Virus record (IMG/VR): IMGVR_UViG_3300025803_000012
Coordinates: 1-62,244 of that record
DNA length: 62,244 nt
DNA from: a virus
Lineage: Duplodnaviria; Caudoviricetes
Reading direction: 5' to 3' (one strand)
A program made the translations under genes and the position numbers. The notes below the pieces were generated by a model. The model worked only from the letters and a program-made list of their open reading frames with translations. It had not been told where the DNA came from and searched no databases. Shown in pieces: positions 53,227-62,053 of this stretch; within the stretch, counting starts at the first letter, position 1; every line of letters begins with the position of its first letter.

Positions 53227-55597
53227 TTTTATATTGAAAACCTGGTCCTTTACCTTGAGCATCTAGTTTTTTAAGATTAATATTGGCTCTTAGTTGCGCA
53301 ATATCTTCCTGAGAGTCAATTCTTGCATTATCAATAGCATCTTTTTGTTGTAATTTTTGTTGTTCAAAACCAAGTTTAGCTTGATCAAATTGTAGTTTAG
53401 CTTGATCATTCATTGCTCGTTGTTGTAATTCTTGTTGTTTTAATTGAATAACAGGGTCTGGTTGACCCGATCCACTCATTTGTGCCTGTAGTTGTTGTAC
53501 TTCACCCATAAATTGTGCTTCTAGTGTAGCAATCTGTGCTTGAGCCATATCTTCTAAGTTACCACCCTCTGCTACTTGGCCCATTTGTTGTTCTGCTTGT
53601 TCTATTTGCATTGCCACTGCTTCTTTTGCCTTAATAGTGACATGTTGTAAAATATGTTTATTTAACTCAACACCTATCTGAGGCATTAACTGAACGATTG
53701 GTGATAAACCAAAAAGTATATGCGCTTGAATATGTGCATCATGATTTTGTCCTTCGTATGCTTCAATTTTATCTTCTTCAATAAGTTTACGGTTCTCCAT
53801 GGATGGGCTCATAGGTTCGGGTTTTTCCAATTTCATAATCTTGTCAATATCCGAAACGCCCAAAGCCTCGTACATGCGAATATAAGCTTCTTTCACGTTG
53901 TGAAGTTGAGGCGCACTCGTTGCTAACTGAAGCTGAGTCTGTGCCAACTGAATGCGTTGTGCCATGGAGAATATGTTCGGATCTGCAACGGGAATAATAT
54001 CCACGCGTTCATCGAAATCTGTTTGTTTAATAGATCTATCTCCTCCAACAACCGCATAAGGGTATTCATCAGGAAGGTATGATTGAATAACATTGGCTAA
54101 TAATTTAAATTCTGTTTGCATTGCATAATACATTCTTTTGTGAATGCTACTCATGATACGCGAACCGCGTTCTAATAAAGCAATTGTCGTTCCAACAGGG
54201 GCCCCTTGATTTGCATCACCTACTTGCATGTCCGCAATTTGTGCAAAGCGTTGACCTGCATCAACAACAAAACCAAGTAAACCAAATAATGTTTGTGATG
54301 GTTCTTTATAAGGTAATGGCATTAAGCCTTCTCGAATAGCACCAGACGGTGCATCAACATCTCTAAACTCACCTGGTTGTAATGGCTCATCATTATCGGC
54401 GATCCGTAGACCACGTGTCTTGAAACCCGCAGGAAGATTAGCTAATGTTCCAGCATCAATTAATTGACGTAATGCTTGTGTCGCGGTACGCGATAGGCCA
54501 CCAATTAAATGTATTAAACCAAAACCATAAAATCCTAAACCTGGTAAAAATTTGTAATGTACAAAATATTGTTTCTTCTTAAATAGCGGATCATCTTCAT
54601 CGTAGTTACGACGAATAGATAAAACCTTTCCTGAAGACTCTTCTAGAGTTACAATGTAGGGAAGTTTAATTCCTGTTTCCTCATCATCTCTTTTATCTTC
54701 ATAACCAATTAGATCTAAGTTTACATGAAACTCTAAAATAGAAACTGTTTCTGATTCGCCCGTTGGTTGAAGACCATCTAAATTATTAATAGCATCTTTA
54801 ATATTTCCTGTGCTGTACGTTGGTGTATCAGGTGATGATGGCGTAATATCAATGTCTCGGTAAAAACCTGCCACTTGTTTTTTACGTACATCATTTTCTG
54901 AAAGTTTAACAACATGTGTAACACGTTCACAGGAATCTAAATCACTTGCAGTGTAAGGGACAACAAGATCTTCGGCTGGAACAAATTTTGACACGGCTCT
55001 TCCAAGCTGCGCATCGTAATATACTTTTTTAAAGGTCGATCCACTGAGGGGTAAATAAAATAACATCTGATCAAGTTCAGGAGTGTACTCTTCCATTACT
55101 TGTGTAAGATTATAATTCATGAATTCTTTTACGCGTTGTGATTGTTGATATACTTCAACTGATTCTTTTCCCACGACACGCGTTCTAACAGGACCATCAG
55201 ATGGCATCATTTCTTTAAATGCGGTTGAACTAAATTGTGTAACAGCTTCGGCTAATAAAGGATGTGTAACGGAACTCGCACCGCGAAACGGTCTTGTTCT
55301 TTCTTGAAACTTTACTCCAAGTAAATCTAATCCTTGTGTGTAAGTATGGGCCCACTCTTCGCGTGACGCCCGATCATTTTCATAATCACCCATAAGATCA
55401 CTAGCAATAACTCCTAGATCACCGTCATCCATGTCCTCCGCTAAGTTACCATAAAAGTCTTGTTCTATTGGTTCATCATCAATAATAGTTTCTTCGGTAA
55501 CTACTTCAATTTCTACTGGTTCTTCGTTTTGAATTGCATCTTCAATTGTTTCACCAACAATTGATTGTATTTTTTGATCAATATTATTATCAGCCAT
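53216..55597 (-). CDS. Portal protein
   Basis: 793 aa; HPLLAEA..QF, G.TFKKVYYD and GFYGFGLIHLIGG motifs; Q-rich C-terminal barrel. Confidence 0.9.
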   Translation of the reverse strand: MADNNIDQKIQSIVGETIEDAIQNEEPVEIEVVTEETIIDDEPIEQDFYGNLAEDMDDGDLGVIASDLMGDYENDRASREEWAHTYTQGLDLLGVKFQERTRPFRGASSVTHPLLAEAVTQFSSTAFKEMMPSDGPVRTRVVGKESVEVYQQSQRVKEFMNYNLTQVMEEYTPELDQMLFYLPLSGSTFKKVYYDAQLGRAVSKFVPAEDLVVPYTASDLDSCERVTHVVKLSENDVRKKQVAGFYRDIDITPSSPDTPTYSTGNIKDAINNLDGLQPTGESETVSILEFHVNLDLIGYEDKRDDEETGIKLPYIVTLEESSGKVLSIRRNYDEDDPLFKKKQYFVHYKFLPGLGFYGFGLIHLIGGLSRTATQALRQLIDAGTLANLPAGFKTRGLRIADNDEPLQPGEFRDVDAPSGAIREGLMPLPYKEPSQTLFGLLGFVVDAGQRFAQIADMQVGDANQGAPVGTTIALLERGSRIMSSIHKRMYYAMQTEFKLLANVIQSYLPDEYPYAVVGGDRSIKQTDFDERVDIIPVADPNIFSMAQRIQLAQTQLQLATSAPQLHNVKEAYIRMYEALGVSDIDKIMKLEKPEPMSPSMENRKLIEEDKIEAYEGQNHDAHIQAHILFGLSPIVQLMPQIGVELNKHILQHVTIKAKEAVAMQIEQAEQQMGQVAEGGNLEDMAQAQIATLEAQFMGEVQQLQAQMSGSGQPDPVIQLKQQELQQRAMNDQAKLQFDQAKLGFEQQKLQQKDAIDNARIDSQEDIAQLRANINLKKLDAQGKGPGFQYKNAK

Positions 55598-55603
55598 AAT
55601 TTT

Positions 55604-57880
55604 TTATAACCTATTAATGTCTATAAAGCCACCAAAATGAAATGTAGGTATATCAATAGATCCACCTAATTTTTTCTTTGTTATTTTTTTGGTTGTGTCT
55701 GAGATGTTGGTTGATTCTCTTTGGAGGATTTTTGAGAAGAACTTCGTAAGTTGTTCTGCATAATTATAGATGTTTGGCCTGCCTCCACCTTCGGAAGTTG
55801 TTGAGGAGTCGTCACTAAAGTTGTTTTTAAAACCGCCACCTTGTTTATCCTTTTTCCAATTGTTAACTAGTTTCTCTAATTCTATTTCAGATATATACGT
55901 ATTAGCATCTAAATTCAAATCATTTGTAATGTCATTAAGCTGATTTTGAGTAAATTCTTGAATATAAGGCAGTATATCTGCTTTTTTTAAAGGAGAATTC
56001 TTAATAGCATCTTTGTCTATAATTATACGAATTCCTGCATTTCCGTCTACTATTATAGGTTGATAACCACGAAATAAACCATTAGGATCCGCGTTTATAA
56101 TTCTTTCAAATAAAGATTTCAATGTATCACTATCACGTAAATTTTCTGACCCATCTTCAACAATATCTAAAGAAAAATGATTAGGATTCTTTGTTAACTC
56201 TTTTGCAGTATTAACCCATACCTCTGTTTGATTAAGCATATAGGCAAGTTTAGCTGCCGCGTCTTTTGCGGTTTCTTTTGACATGTAGGCTTGTTGCACG
56301 GTTGATGGATTTTGATACAGTTCCCATCCACCTGTACCATGAACAGTTCCACTAAAATCAACTCCTGTAAGTTCTCTAACATATTCAATCGCTTTAGCTG
56401 TCACTTCTTCACTTACTTTAAATTTTTTATCGTCAGGTAAGGCATTATATTTTTCTCCATACACTACTGACCATGGACTTCCTTCACCAGGATCGACTTC
56501 CATAGAAAGACGACGCAAGTTTCTATTAAGTGCCATATCAATATCTCCACTAGTACCTAGTTCACCATACATTTTTGTTAAGTTCATCCATCCAATGGCT
56601 TGAACTTCTGCAGGGATCCAATCGTTCTTACCTTTCCAGTTTATATCATTTAAATATTTTGTAAGATCTTGACCAAATAAAGATCTGTTTTCATATTTAG
56701 TTCCTGTAATACCTCCTTGACCAAAATCAGTTTTAATGTTTTCAGGAACAATATAACCAAGTTCTCGAAGTTTATTTAAGTAAGTAGGATCTACCATTCC
56801 TGTATCTCTTGCTGTATGAACGTCGACCACGAACGGCGAACCGCCTGCCGTGTCATTATTCATAATGGAACGCGTTACTAAACCTTCACCCGCATCAATA
56901 AAATCAGCTATCTTTGGACCAATACCACTTTCAATATCTCTTCCGTAAATAATGCTTTTAATATTATTTGTTGGTGCAGGAAGACCTTTTCCTTTTACGT
57001 CATCAAACGCAACACCTCTTTTGTATTGCTCATAAATATATAAAACATTTGTTAAAGCATTTGTGGGAGACTCATTAATTTGTCCTGATAACCATGCTCT
57101 TGCTACTTTATCACGAAGATCTTTATCTCCTCCAGTAACAACATCAAAACTCTCATAAACTTTTTTATACCAATCCTTTTGATTAAAAATTTCTTCATCA
57201 CTTAATGTAATTTTATTAGTCCAATCTTCAAAATTAATATTTCCTATGGCAATAGGAGGTAAATTAGATCCTTCAGGACCATTTAAAACTATACGCTCAT
57301 TTTGTGGGCCACCTGGATATGTATCAGTCTTACCATCAATAATATTTTGTAATCGCATTTTATGTAACCGTGTAATGTTATCTGTTTTTTCAGGAGCAAA
57401 ATTAACACCTTTCTTTTTTTTCTTTTGAATATCTATAACTTTATCTTCTAATTTGGTGACTGTTTGATCCACCGCTTTCTCCATTAAAATTTCTGCTAAT
57501 CGTTTCCAATTAATATCTATCTTTGGTCCATCATCATTAGGATCAGGCATTTGATCAGGTAGATCAGGTAACACGTTTCCTTCTTGATCTATTGTTGTTT
57601 TCTTTTTATCATCATCTTTTTTTGTCTCCAAAATAATACCACTAAGATCTGTATTTTCTGTGACAGGTTTTGGTGTGTAAAAACTATCTCCATATGTTTT
57701 AAATTCTTTAATTCGTTGCGACTCTGTTTGAGGAAATATTGTTTCAATATCTACTAAATCATTCTCTCCATAATTTGAAAGATCTACATTTTGTCCTTTA
57801 AAATAATCAACAACAGCAGGAATAGATAATCCCATGCTTGATGCAAGCATCGCTAGAGGTATTGCAGCTTGAGCTACCAT
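55604..57880 (-). CDS. Large protein between TerL and portal with putative HhH-glycosylase-like (DUF7178/polyvalent-type) domain
   Basis: DWY...S.Q..P..N...GIGPKIADF...VVDVHTAR...AEVQAIGW; C-terminal KKLGG and FHFGG. Confidence 0.6.
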   Translation of the reverse strand: MVAQAAIPLAMLASSMGLSIPAVVDYFKGQNVDLSNYGENDLVDIETIFPQTESQRIKEFKTYGDSFYTPKPVTENTDLSGIILETKKDDDKKKTTIDQEGNVLPDLPDQMPDPNDDGPKIDINWKRLAEILMEKAVDQTVTKLEDKVIDIQKKKKKGVNFAPEKTDNITRLHKMRLQNIIDGKTDTYPGGPQNERIVLNGPEGSNLPPIAIGNINFEDWTNKITLSDEEIFNQKDWYKKVYESFDVVTGGDKDLRDKVARAWLSGQINESPTNALTNVLYIYEQYKRGVAFDDVKGKGLPAPTNNIKSIIYGRDIESGIGPKIADFIDAGEGLVTRSIMNNDTAGGSPFVVDVHTARDTGMVDPTYLNKLRELGYIVPENIKTDFGQGGITGTKYENRSLFGQDLTKYLNDINWKGKNDWIPAEVQAIGWMNLTKMYGELGTSGDIDMALNRNLRRLSMEVDPGEGSPWSVVYGEKYNALPDDKKFKVSEEVTAKAIEYVRELTGVDFSGTVHGTGGWELYQNPSTVQQAYMSKETAKDAAAKLAYMLNQTEVWVNTAKELTKNPNHFSLDIVEDGSENLRDSDTLKSLFERIINADPNGLFRGYQPIIVDGNAGIRIIIDKDAIKNSPLKKADILPYIQEFTQNQLNDITNDLNLDANTYISEIELEKLVNNWKKDKQGGGFKNNFSDDSSTTSEGGGRPNIYNYAEQLTKFFSKILQRESTNISDTTKKITKKKLGGSIDIPTFHFGGFIDINRL

Positions 57881-59344
57881 TTAATAATACTCGGGTTGTT
57901 GTTCGTAAACAGGTTTAATCGGGTCTTCATAATCATCCTTCAGCGCAATAAAATTACCTTGACGATAACGCATTAATGCTTGCGTCATACTATCAACTAA
58001 ATCATCATGTTCACCATAAGGAAATGCGGCGCATTCTTCAATCATTTCTTCCGCGAATTTTTTTCCTTCAGGAGCCCATACTTGACCCGCTTCAAAAATA
58101 GGAGACACAGAATTTACTCTTGTTAACTTATCGTTACCACGTGACGGCGAATAACTTACCACAGGAATTCCTACTTGTCTAAGTTCTTGTATTAAGGGCA
58201 TGCCACTTGCTTTAGCTTCGACAATAATTGTTTCTGGCTCCCAATACTCGTATTGTTCTAAAGCAATCTTTTTTAATTCAGGAAATTCCCAACGCTCTTT
58301 GATACAATCTAATAATATAATTTGATCCTGATTATATCCTGCTTTAAAAATTCCCCATGTACTAATAGCACTGAAATCGGCTTTTTCTTTTTTACTAAAG
58401 GCGGTGTCATAACTTTGAATAATATGAACTAGTTGAGGCATATCTTCTTTATCCCACATCTTCCACCACTCACGTTTAATAATCGCTCCTTCTTGAGACG
58501 TTGGTTGTTGTTGATATTGCGCCTCCCACGACATAACAGGTAAGTTTGATTTAATAGACTCTAGTTCTTGTTGTTTCCAATACTCGGGCCAAATAGGTTT
58601 ACCACTTGGAAGTAAAGCAGGGAACTCTACTACCTCCCATTGGTCCGCTTTAGTTTCTGCTTGTTGTTTTATTAAACGGCCCGTCAAGTCGCGCTCCGAC
58701 CAACGTGTCATTACGACAACTATAGCTCCACCTGGTTGCAAACGTTGCCTTGGTCCTGACATATACCACTCAAATGCATTATCAAAATTAGTTTCACTGA
58801 TGCTTTGCTCTGAATGAGGGTCATCAATGATCAATAGATCTGCACCACGTCCAGTAATAGCACCACCGATACCAGCTCCAAAATATTCTCCTGCATGATT
58901 TGTTTCCCAACGTCCCGATGCTTTACTATCTGCACGTAATCGAACATCTTTAAATATTTTCTTGTATCCTTCGTCGTCCATAAGGTTACGCATTTTTCTA
59001 CCAAACCTATATGAGAGCTCTGCTGTGTGAGTTGCTTGGATTATCTTTGTTTTTGGTTTCTTACCCATTAACCAAGCTGGAAATAAGTACGAAGCAAATT
59101 CTGATTTAGTGTGTCTTGGTGGCATATTAACAATTAATCGCTTTAACTTGCCAGATGCTATGTCTTCAAATTTTTTAGCCATTACATTGTGGTGATATCC
59201 ATCAATAAACTCAGGCCAGACCATTTTAACAAAGTGCATAAAGCTATCTTTTGCCTTGGCTGCATCATCCTGCATCGCAATTGCTAATAAAAGCCTTAAT
59301 TCTTCGTCCGAATACTTTTCAAATTTATTATTTTTTTGATCCAT
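57881..59344 (-). CDS. terL: Terminase large subunit
   Basis: NMPPRHTKS Walker A variant, LLIIDDP Walker B, MTRW, SYDTA, VEAKASG and HDDLVDS nuclease motif. Confidence 0.96.
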   Translation of the reverse strand: MDQKNNKFEKYSDEELRLLLAIAMQDDAAKAKDSFMHFVKMVWPEFIDGYHHNVMAKKFEDIASGKLKRLIVNMPPRHTKSEFASYLFPAWLMGKKPKTKIIQATHTAELSYRFGRKMRNLMDDEGYKKIFKDVRLRADSKASGRWETNHAGEYFGAGIGGAITGRGADLLIIDDPHSEQSISETNFDNAFEWYMSGPRQRLQPGGAIVVVMTRWSERDLTGRLIKQQAETKADQWEVVEFPALLPSGKPIWPEYWKQQELESIKSNLPVMSWEAQYQQQPTSQEGAIIKREWWKMWDKEDMPQLVHIIQSYDTAFSKKEKADFSAISTWGIFKAGYNQDQIILLDCIKERWEFPELKKIALEQYEYWEPETIIVEAKASGMPLIQELRQVGIPVVSYSPSRGNDKLTRVNSVSPIFEAGQVWAPEGKKFAEEMIEECAAFPYGEHDDLVDSMTQALMRYRQGNFIALKDDYEDPIKPVYEQQPEYY

Positions 59345-59630
59345 TGGGACTCCTACCCTCTTTATACTAAAAAAAAGGGGTATACCCTATAAAAAAGTGT
59401 TTCATATGAAAAATTGGTGGCTGAAAATTTGAAACATGGCCCTAGTGCTCTTCGCGCACAGATCACGGCCAATTTTAAGGGGCCCATTAACCGCGGAAAA
59501 CCGCCATTTTTGATATGATCCACAGGTACCCTAAGCAATGTTACCGTTGCGCGTCACGGTAAACCGCCAAAAACGTTTTTGGCCCAGATTTGCGCGATTT
59601 CCAATGTACGATAATTGTAGTTATCGTACC
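59345..59630. other. GC-rich non-coding region with palindromes (candidate pac/terminus region)
   Basis: No long ORF; contains GGGTATACCC, GGGCCC, GGTACC, a box at 59491 and the 59604-59631 palindrome; lies between terS and terL. Confidence 0.5.
59491..59506. promoter_or_regulatory. 16-bp box CCGCGGAAAACCGCCA
   Basis: One mismatch from the 13607 copy. Confidence 0.6.
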
Positions 59631-60065
59631 TTATCCTGTTTTACCGCAGTTTTCCTCGCTTTTCGTGGGGCGCGAACCGTGAACTTTTTTTAAAAAACTA
59701 GATATAGTATCCCAACCTTCCCTCGTTGGCGGTTCGAGTACACCGTTTCGTGAGAGATCTAGCGATAACCTTCCCTCATACAGATTTATCATCTCTGGGG
59801 GAAGGTGCTTCGCGTGTTGCTGATAAACCAATATGTAATTGCAACCTCCAGTCTCCTTCCACAATTTAATGTTCATTGATATTTGATGTGGACTCAGCTT
59901 GATCTTGTTACCAGTTGCAACTTTAGCCTCAATGAAGATCGTATCTAAACGTGGAGCAACTCCAATCATATCAGGGAACCCATGAAGGGTTGTAGTCTCA
60001 ATGCGCAACCAGTTATAAATAGTAAGCTTTTTCTTTATTAATTTAACAAAGTATGACTCTTTCAT
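59631..60065 (-). CDS. VRR-NUC / Holliday-junction-resolvase-like nuclease
   Basis: MKES, RIE.....G.PD, FIEAK and LSPHQI motifs. Confidence 0.85.
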   Translation of the reverse strand: MKESYFVKLIKKKLTIYNWLRIETTTLHGFPDMIGVAPRLDTIFIEAKVATGNKIKLSPHQISMNIKLWKETGGCNYILVYQQHAKHLPPEMINLYEGRLSLDLSRNGVLEPPTREGWDTISSFLKKVHGSRPTKSEENCGKTG

Positions 60066-60110
60066 GTTACAAAATTAGTATGATTATTTTTTTAAAAAGC
60101 ACAGATACGC

Positions 60111-60329
60111 ATGATTAAGGTTTGGTTACTCGTTACAGCAATGTCATTACAAGGTTGGCCAAGTGTAAAATATAGTGCAGAACTATTTATGAATGAGCAA
60201 ACATGTGAAGCAAAAAGAATATATGTTGAGAACCAATCAATTGAAGGTGCATTGAATAGAGGATACTCTGCAGTGCATGTTGAAACGTGGTGTCTTGAAA
60301 CACTTATGTTTACACCTAACAGTACTTAA
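60111..60329 (+). CDS. Small secreted/membrane protein with Cys pair
   Basis: 72 aa; hydrophobic N-terminus; F..EQTC...WC; opposite strand to both neighbours. Confidence 0.65.
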   Translation: MIKVWLLVTAMSLQGWPSVKYSAELFMNEQTCEAKRIYVENQSIEGALNRGYSAVHVETWCLETLMFTPNST

Positions 60330-60856
60330 TCCTCGTGCTCAATTAGTTTTGGTTCAGGCTTAGTCTCTTCTTGTTCAATGACATTCTCTTCATTAACAAT
60401 TGGAATTCCTTTACGTTGTAGTTCACTTAGCTTTTGCAATAGTTGATCGCGCGGTAAGTTCTCAACAGCACTCTCCATTCTTATTGTTGGATCATACAAT
60501 CCCGCAGCCTTACCTCTTAAAGCCTCAGCATTGATCGCTGCCGCATAATGTTTTTCGTCTTCAGCTTTTTTACTAAGATCATCAAGCCTTGCAACATGCT
60601 TATCCATATTAACAGAATACTTATCTGCTAATTCTTTTTTCATATCGTAGATGGCCTCAGCAACTAATGGATATTTCTTTGGATCTTGTAACTCCCAAGC
60701 AGATCTTCTAGCTGCAGAGTCAGAGTATCCTGCTTTGCGTGCAGACTCAGATGCAGATTGCAAACCCATTAATGTCTTGGTGCAGAACTCATAAACAAAT
60801 CGTAATTGCATTGGTGTTAGCTTGCGTGATTTTCTTCCGTCAATTATTTTAACCAT
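60326..60856 (-). CDS. terS: Terminase small subunit
   Basis: LTPMQLRFV.E.......SASESARKAGYS..AA...AWEL HTH; AAINAEALRGKAAGLY. Confidence 0.88.
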   Translation of the reverse strand: MVKIIDGRKSRKLTPMQLRFVYEFCTKTLMGLQSASESARKAGYSDSAARRSAWELQDPKKYPLVAEAIYDMKKELADKYSVNMDKHVARLDDLSKKAEDEKHYAAAINAEALRGKAAGLYDPTIRMESAVENLPRDQLLQKLSELQRKGIPIVNEENVIEQEETKPEPKLIEHED

Positions 60857-60926
60857 AATACACTATTTCTAACCCTCTTTATAAATCAACATATAAATTA
60901 TTTTCCTCGTGGTGCAAAGAACAAAA

Positions 60927-60942
60927 TGGCTGTTTTCTGCCA
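60927..60942. promoter_or_regulatory. 16-bp box TGGCTGTTTTCTGCCA
   Basis: Most palindromic copy (TGGC-N8-GCCA); 70 nt upstream of the terS start. Confidence 0.7.
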
Positions 60943-60954
60943 ATCAATATTTTT

Positions 60955-61124
60955 ACCTTACACTACTAGTGTCAGGCTTACACTACTAAAACTCGACAAG
61001 TGTAAGGTAGTTTATGGCTTAAACAAACGATTATTTTGTCTACCTGACACACCTTACACTAGTATTTCGTTTTTAAATTTTTTTTTTTTAAAAGGGGTGG
61101 GAAAAGGTGTAAGTAGTGTAAGGT
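60955..61124. repeat. Iteron-like CT(T/G)ACAC direct and inverted repeats; candidate replication origin
   Basis: Eight copies in both orientations within ~170 bp, flanking a T-rich tract at 61070-61094; lies at the switch between the two transcription arms. Confidence 0.7.
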
Positions 61125-61126
61125 GA

Positions 61127-61147
61127 ACCACGGATCACGGACCACGT
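61127..61147 (+). repeat. CG-rich heptamer array (non-coding copy)
   Basis: ACCACGG ATCACGG ACCACGT. Confidence 0.7.
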
Positions 61148-61180
61148 GACACCTATCATCACTGATGGTATATAAATCAA

Positions 61181-61468
61181 GTGAATAGAAAACATCAAAA
61201 AGGTTTCATATCGCACATCCAAGCAATTAAATTTCTATCGGATCAAGGTTACTATGTCTTTGATAATCTCTCAAGCTTAGGTCCTTGTGATCTCGTTGGT
61301 ATCAATGAGTATGGAGAAATATTATTAGTTGATGTTAAATCAACAAGCATACGCAAGTCAGGAAAATACAAAGGATATCTCATCACACGCACACAAACAG
61401 ACCTCCAGAAGAAACTCAAGATACGCATATTAATGGTCGATGAAGAGGGAAACTGTACCCTTAAATAA
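61181..61468 (+). CDS. Small PD-(D/E)XK nuclease-like protein
   Basis: KG.IS...A...L...GY.V, PCDLV and VDVKS motifs; GTG start. Confidence 0.7.
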   Translation: MNRKHQKGFISHIQAIKFLSDQGYYVFDNLSSLGPCDLVGINEYGEILLVDVKSTSIRKSGKYKGYLITRTQTDLQKKLKIRILMVDEEGNCTLK

Positions 61469-61484
61469 CCCCAGAAAACAGCCA
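61469..61484. promoter_or_regulatory. 16-bp box CCCCAGAAAACAGCCA
   Basis: One mismatch from the 1530 copy; 71 nt before the ATG at 61556. Confidence 0.7.
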
Positions 61485-61555
61485 TAATATCGATAAGTAT
61501 TGTATATATATAATAAATCACTATAAATTATTATATAGACATAAAGGAGAAAGTT

Positions 61556-62053
61556 ATGAGAAAGAAACAACTAAAAATTCAAGTATCTCTACCGAGACTT
61601 AGTTGGGTAGAGAACAACTATGAAAATGCTGTTAAGTTTTTTTTAAAAGAGCTTAACATTTCTACAAGACTACAAAACACTTTAAGTATTAAAGTTCATA
61701 TTAGAAGAACTGTATTAAAGAAAAACATTTTAGGTAACTGCAGTATCTTAACTAATGGATCATCTTCTACTAAAGAATTCAAAATAATTCTTAGAGAAGA
61801 TAGATCTTACTTTCAGCAATTACAAACTTTAGCGCATGAGTGTGTTCACATTGAGCAAGCTTGTAAAAATCGTTTGCAGTTAAGAGTATGGTCTTCAGAT
61901 AAAAGAACGCATGCTCGTTGGGAAGGTAAAGAGTGCGGTGTGTATTTGCAAGACATTGCTTACGAAGATGCGCCTTGGGAAATCGAGGCAAGAGACAAAC
62001 AAGAAAAACTAGTGAGAGACTTTTATTCTCATCAAAACAAAGGGAGAAGATAA
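61556..62053 (+). CDS. Zincin-like HEXXH metallopeptidase
   Basis: TLAHECVHIEQ and Y.DAPWEIEAR motifs. Confidence 0.8.
   Translation: MRKKQLKIQVSLPRLSWVENNYENAVKFFLKELNISTRLQNTLSIKVHIRRTVLKKNILGNCSILTNGSSSTKEFKIILREDRSYFQQLQTLAHECVHIEQACKNRLQLRVWSSDKRTHARWEGKECGVYLQDIAYEDAPWEIEARDKQEKLVRDFYSHQNKGRR

Noticed and set aside
60926-61126. ORF 60926..61126 (+)
   Set aside because: Lies over the iteron repeats and T-tract with no SD; better explained as non-coding.
60955-61154. CRISPR or mini-array
   Set aside because: Repeats are 7-12 bp, in both orientations and irregularly spaced; no cas genes.
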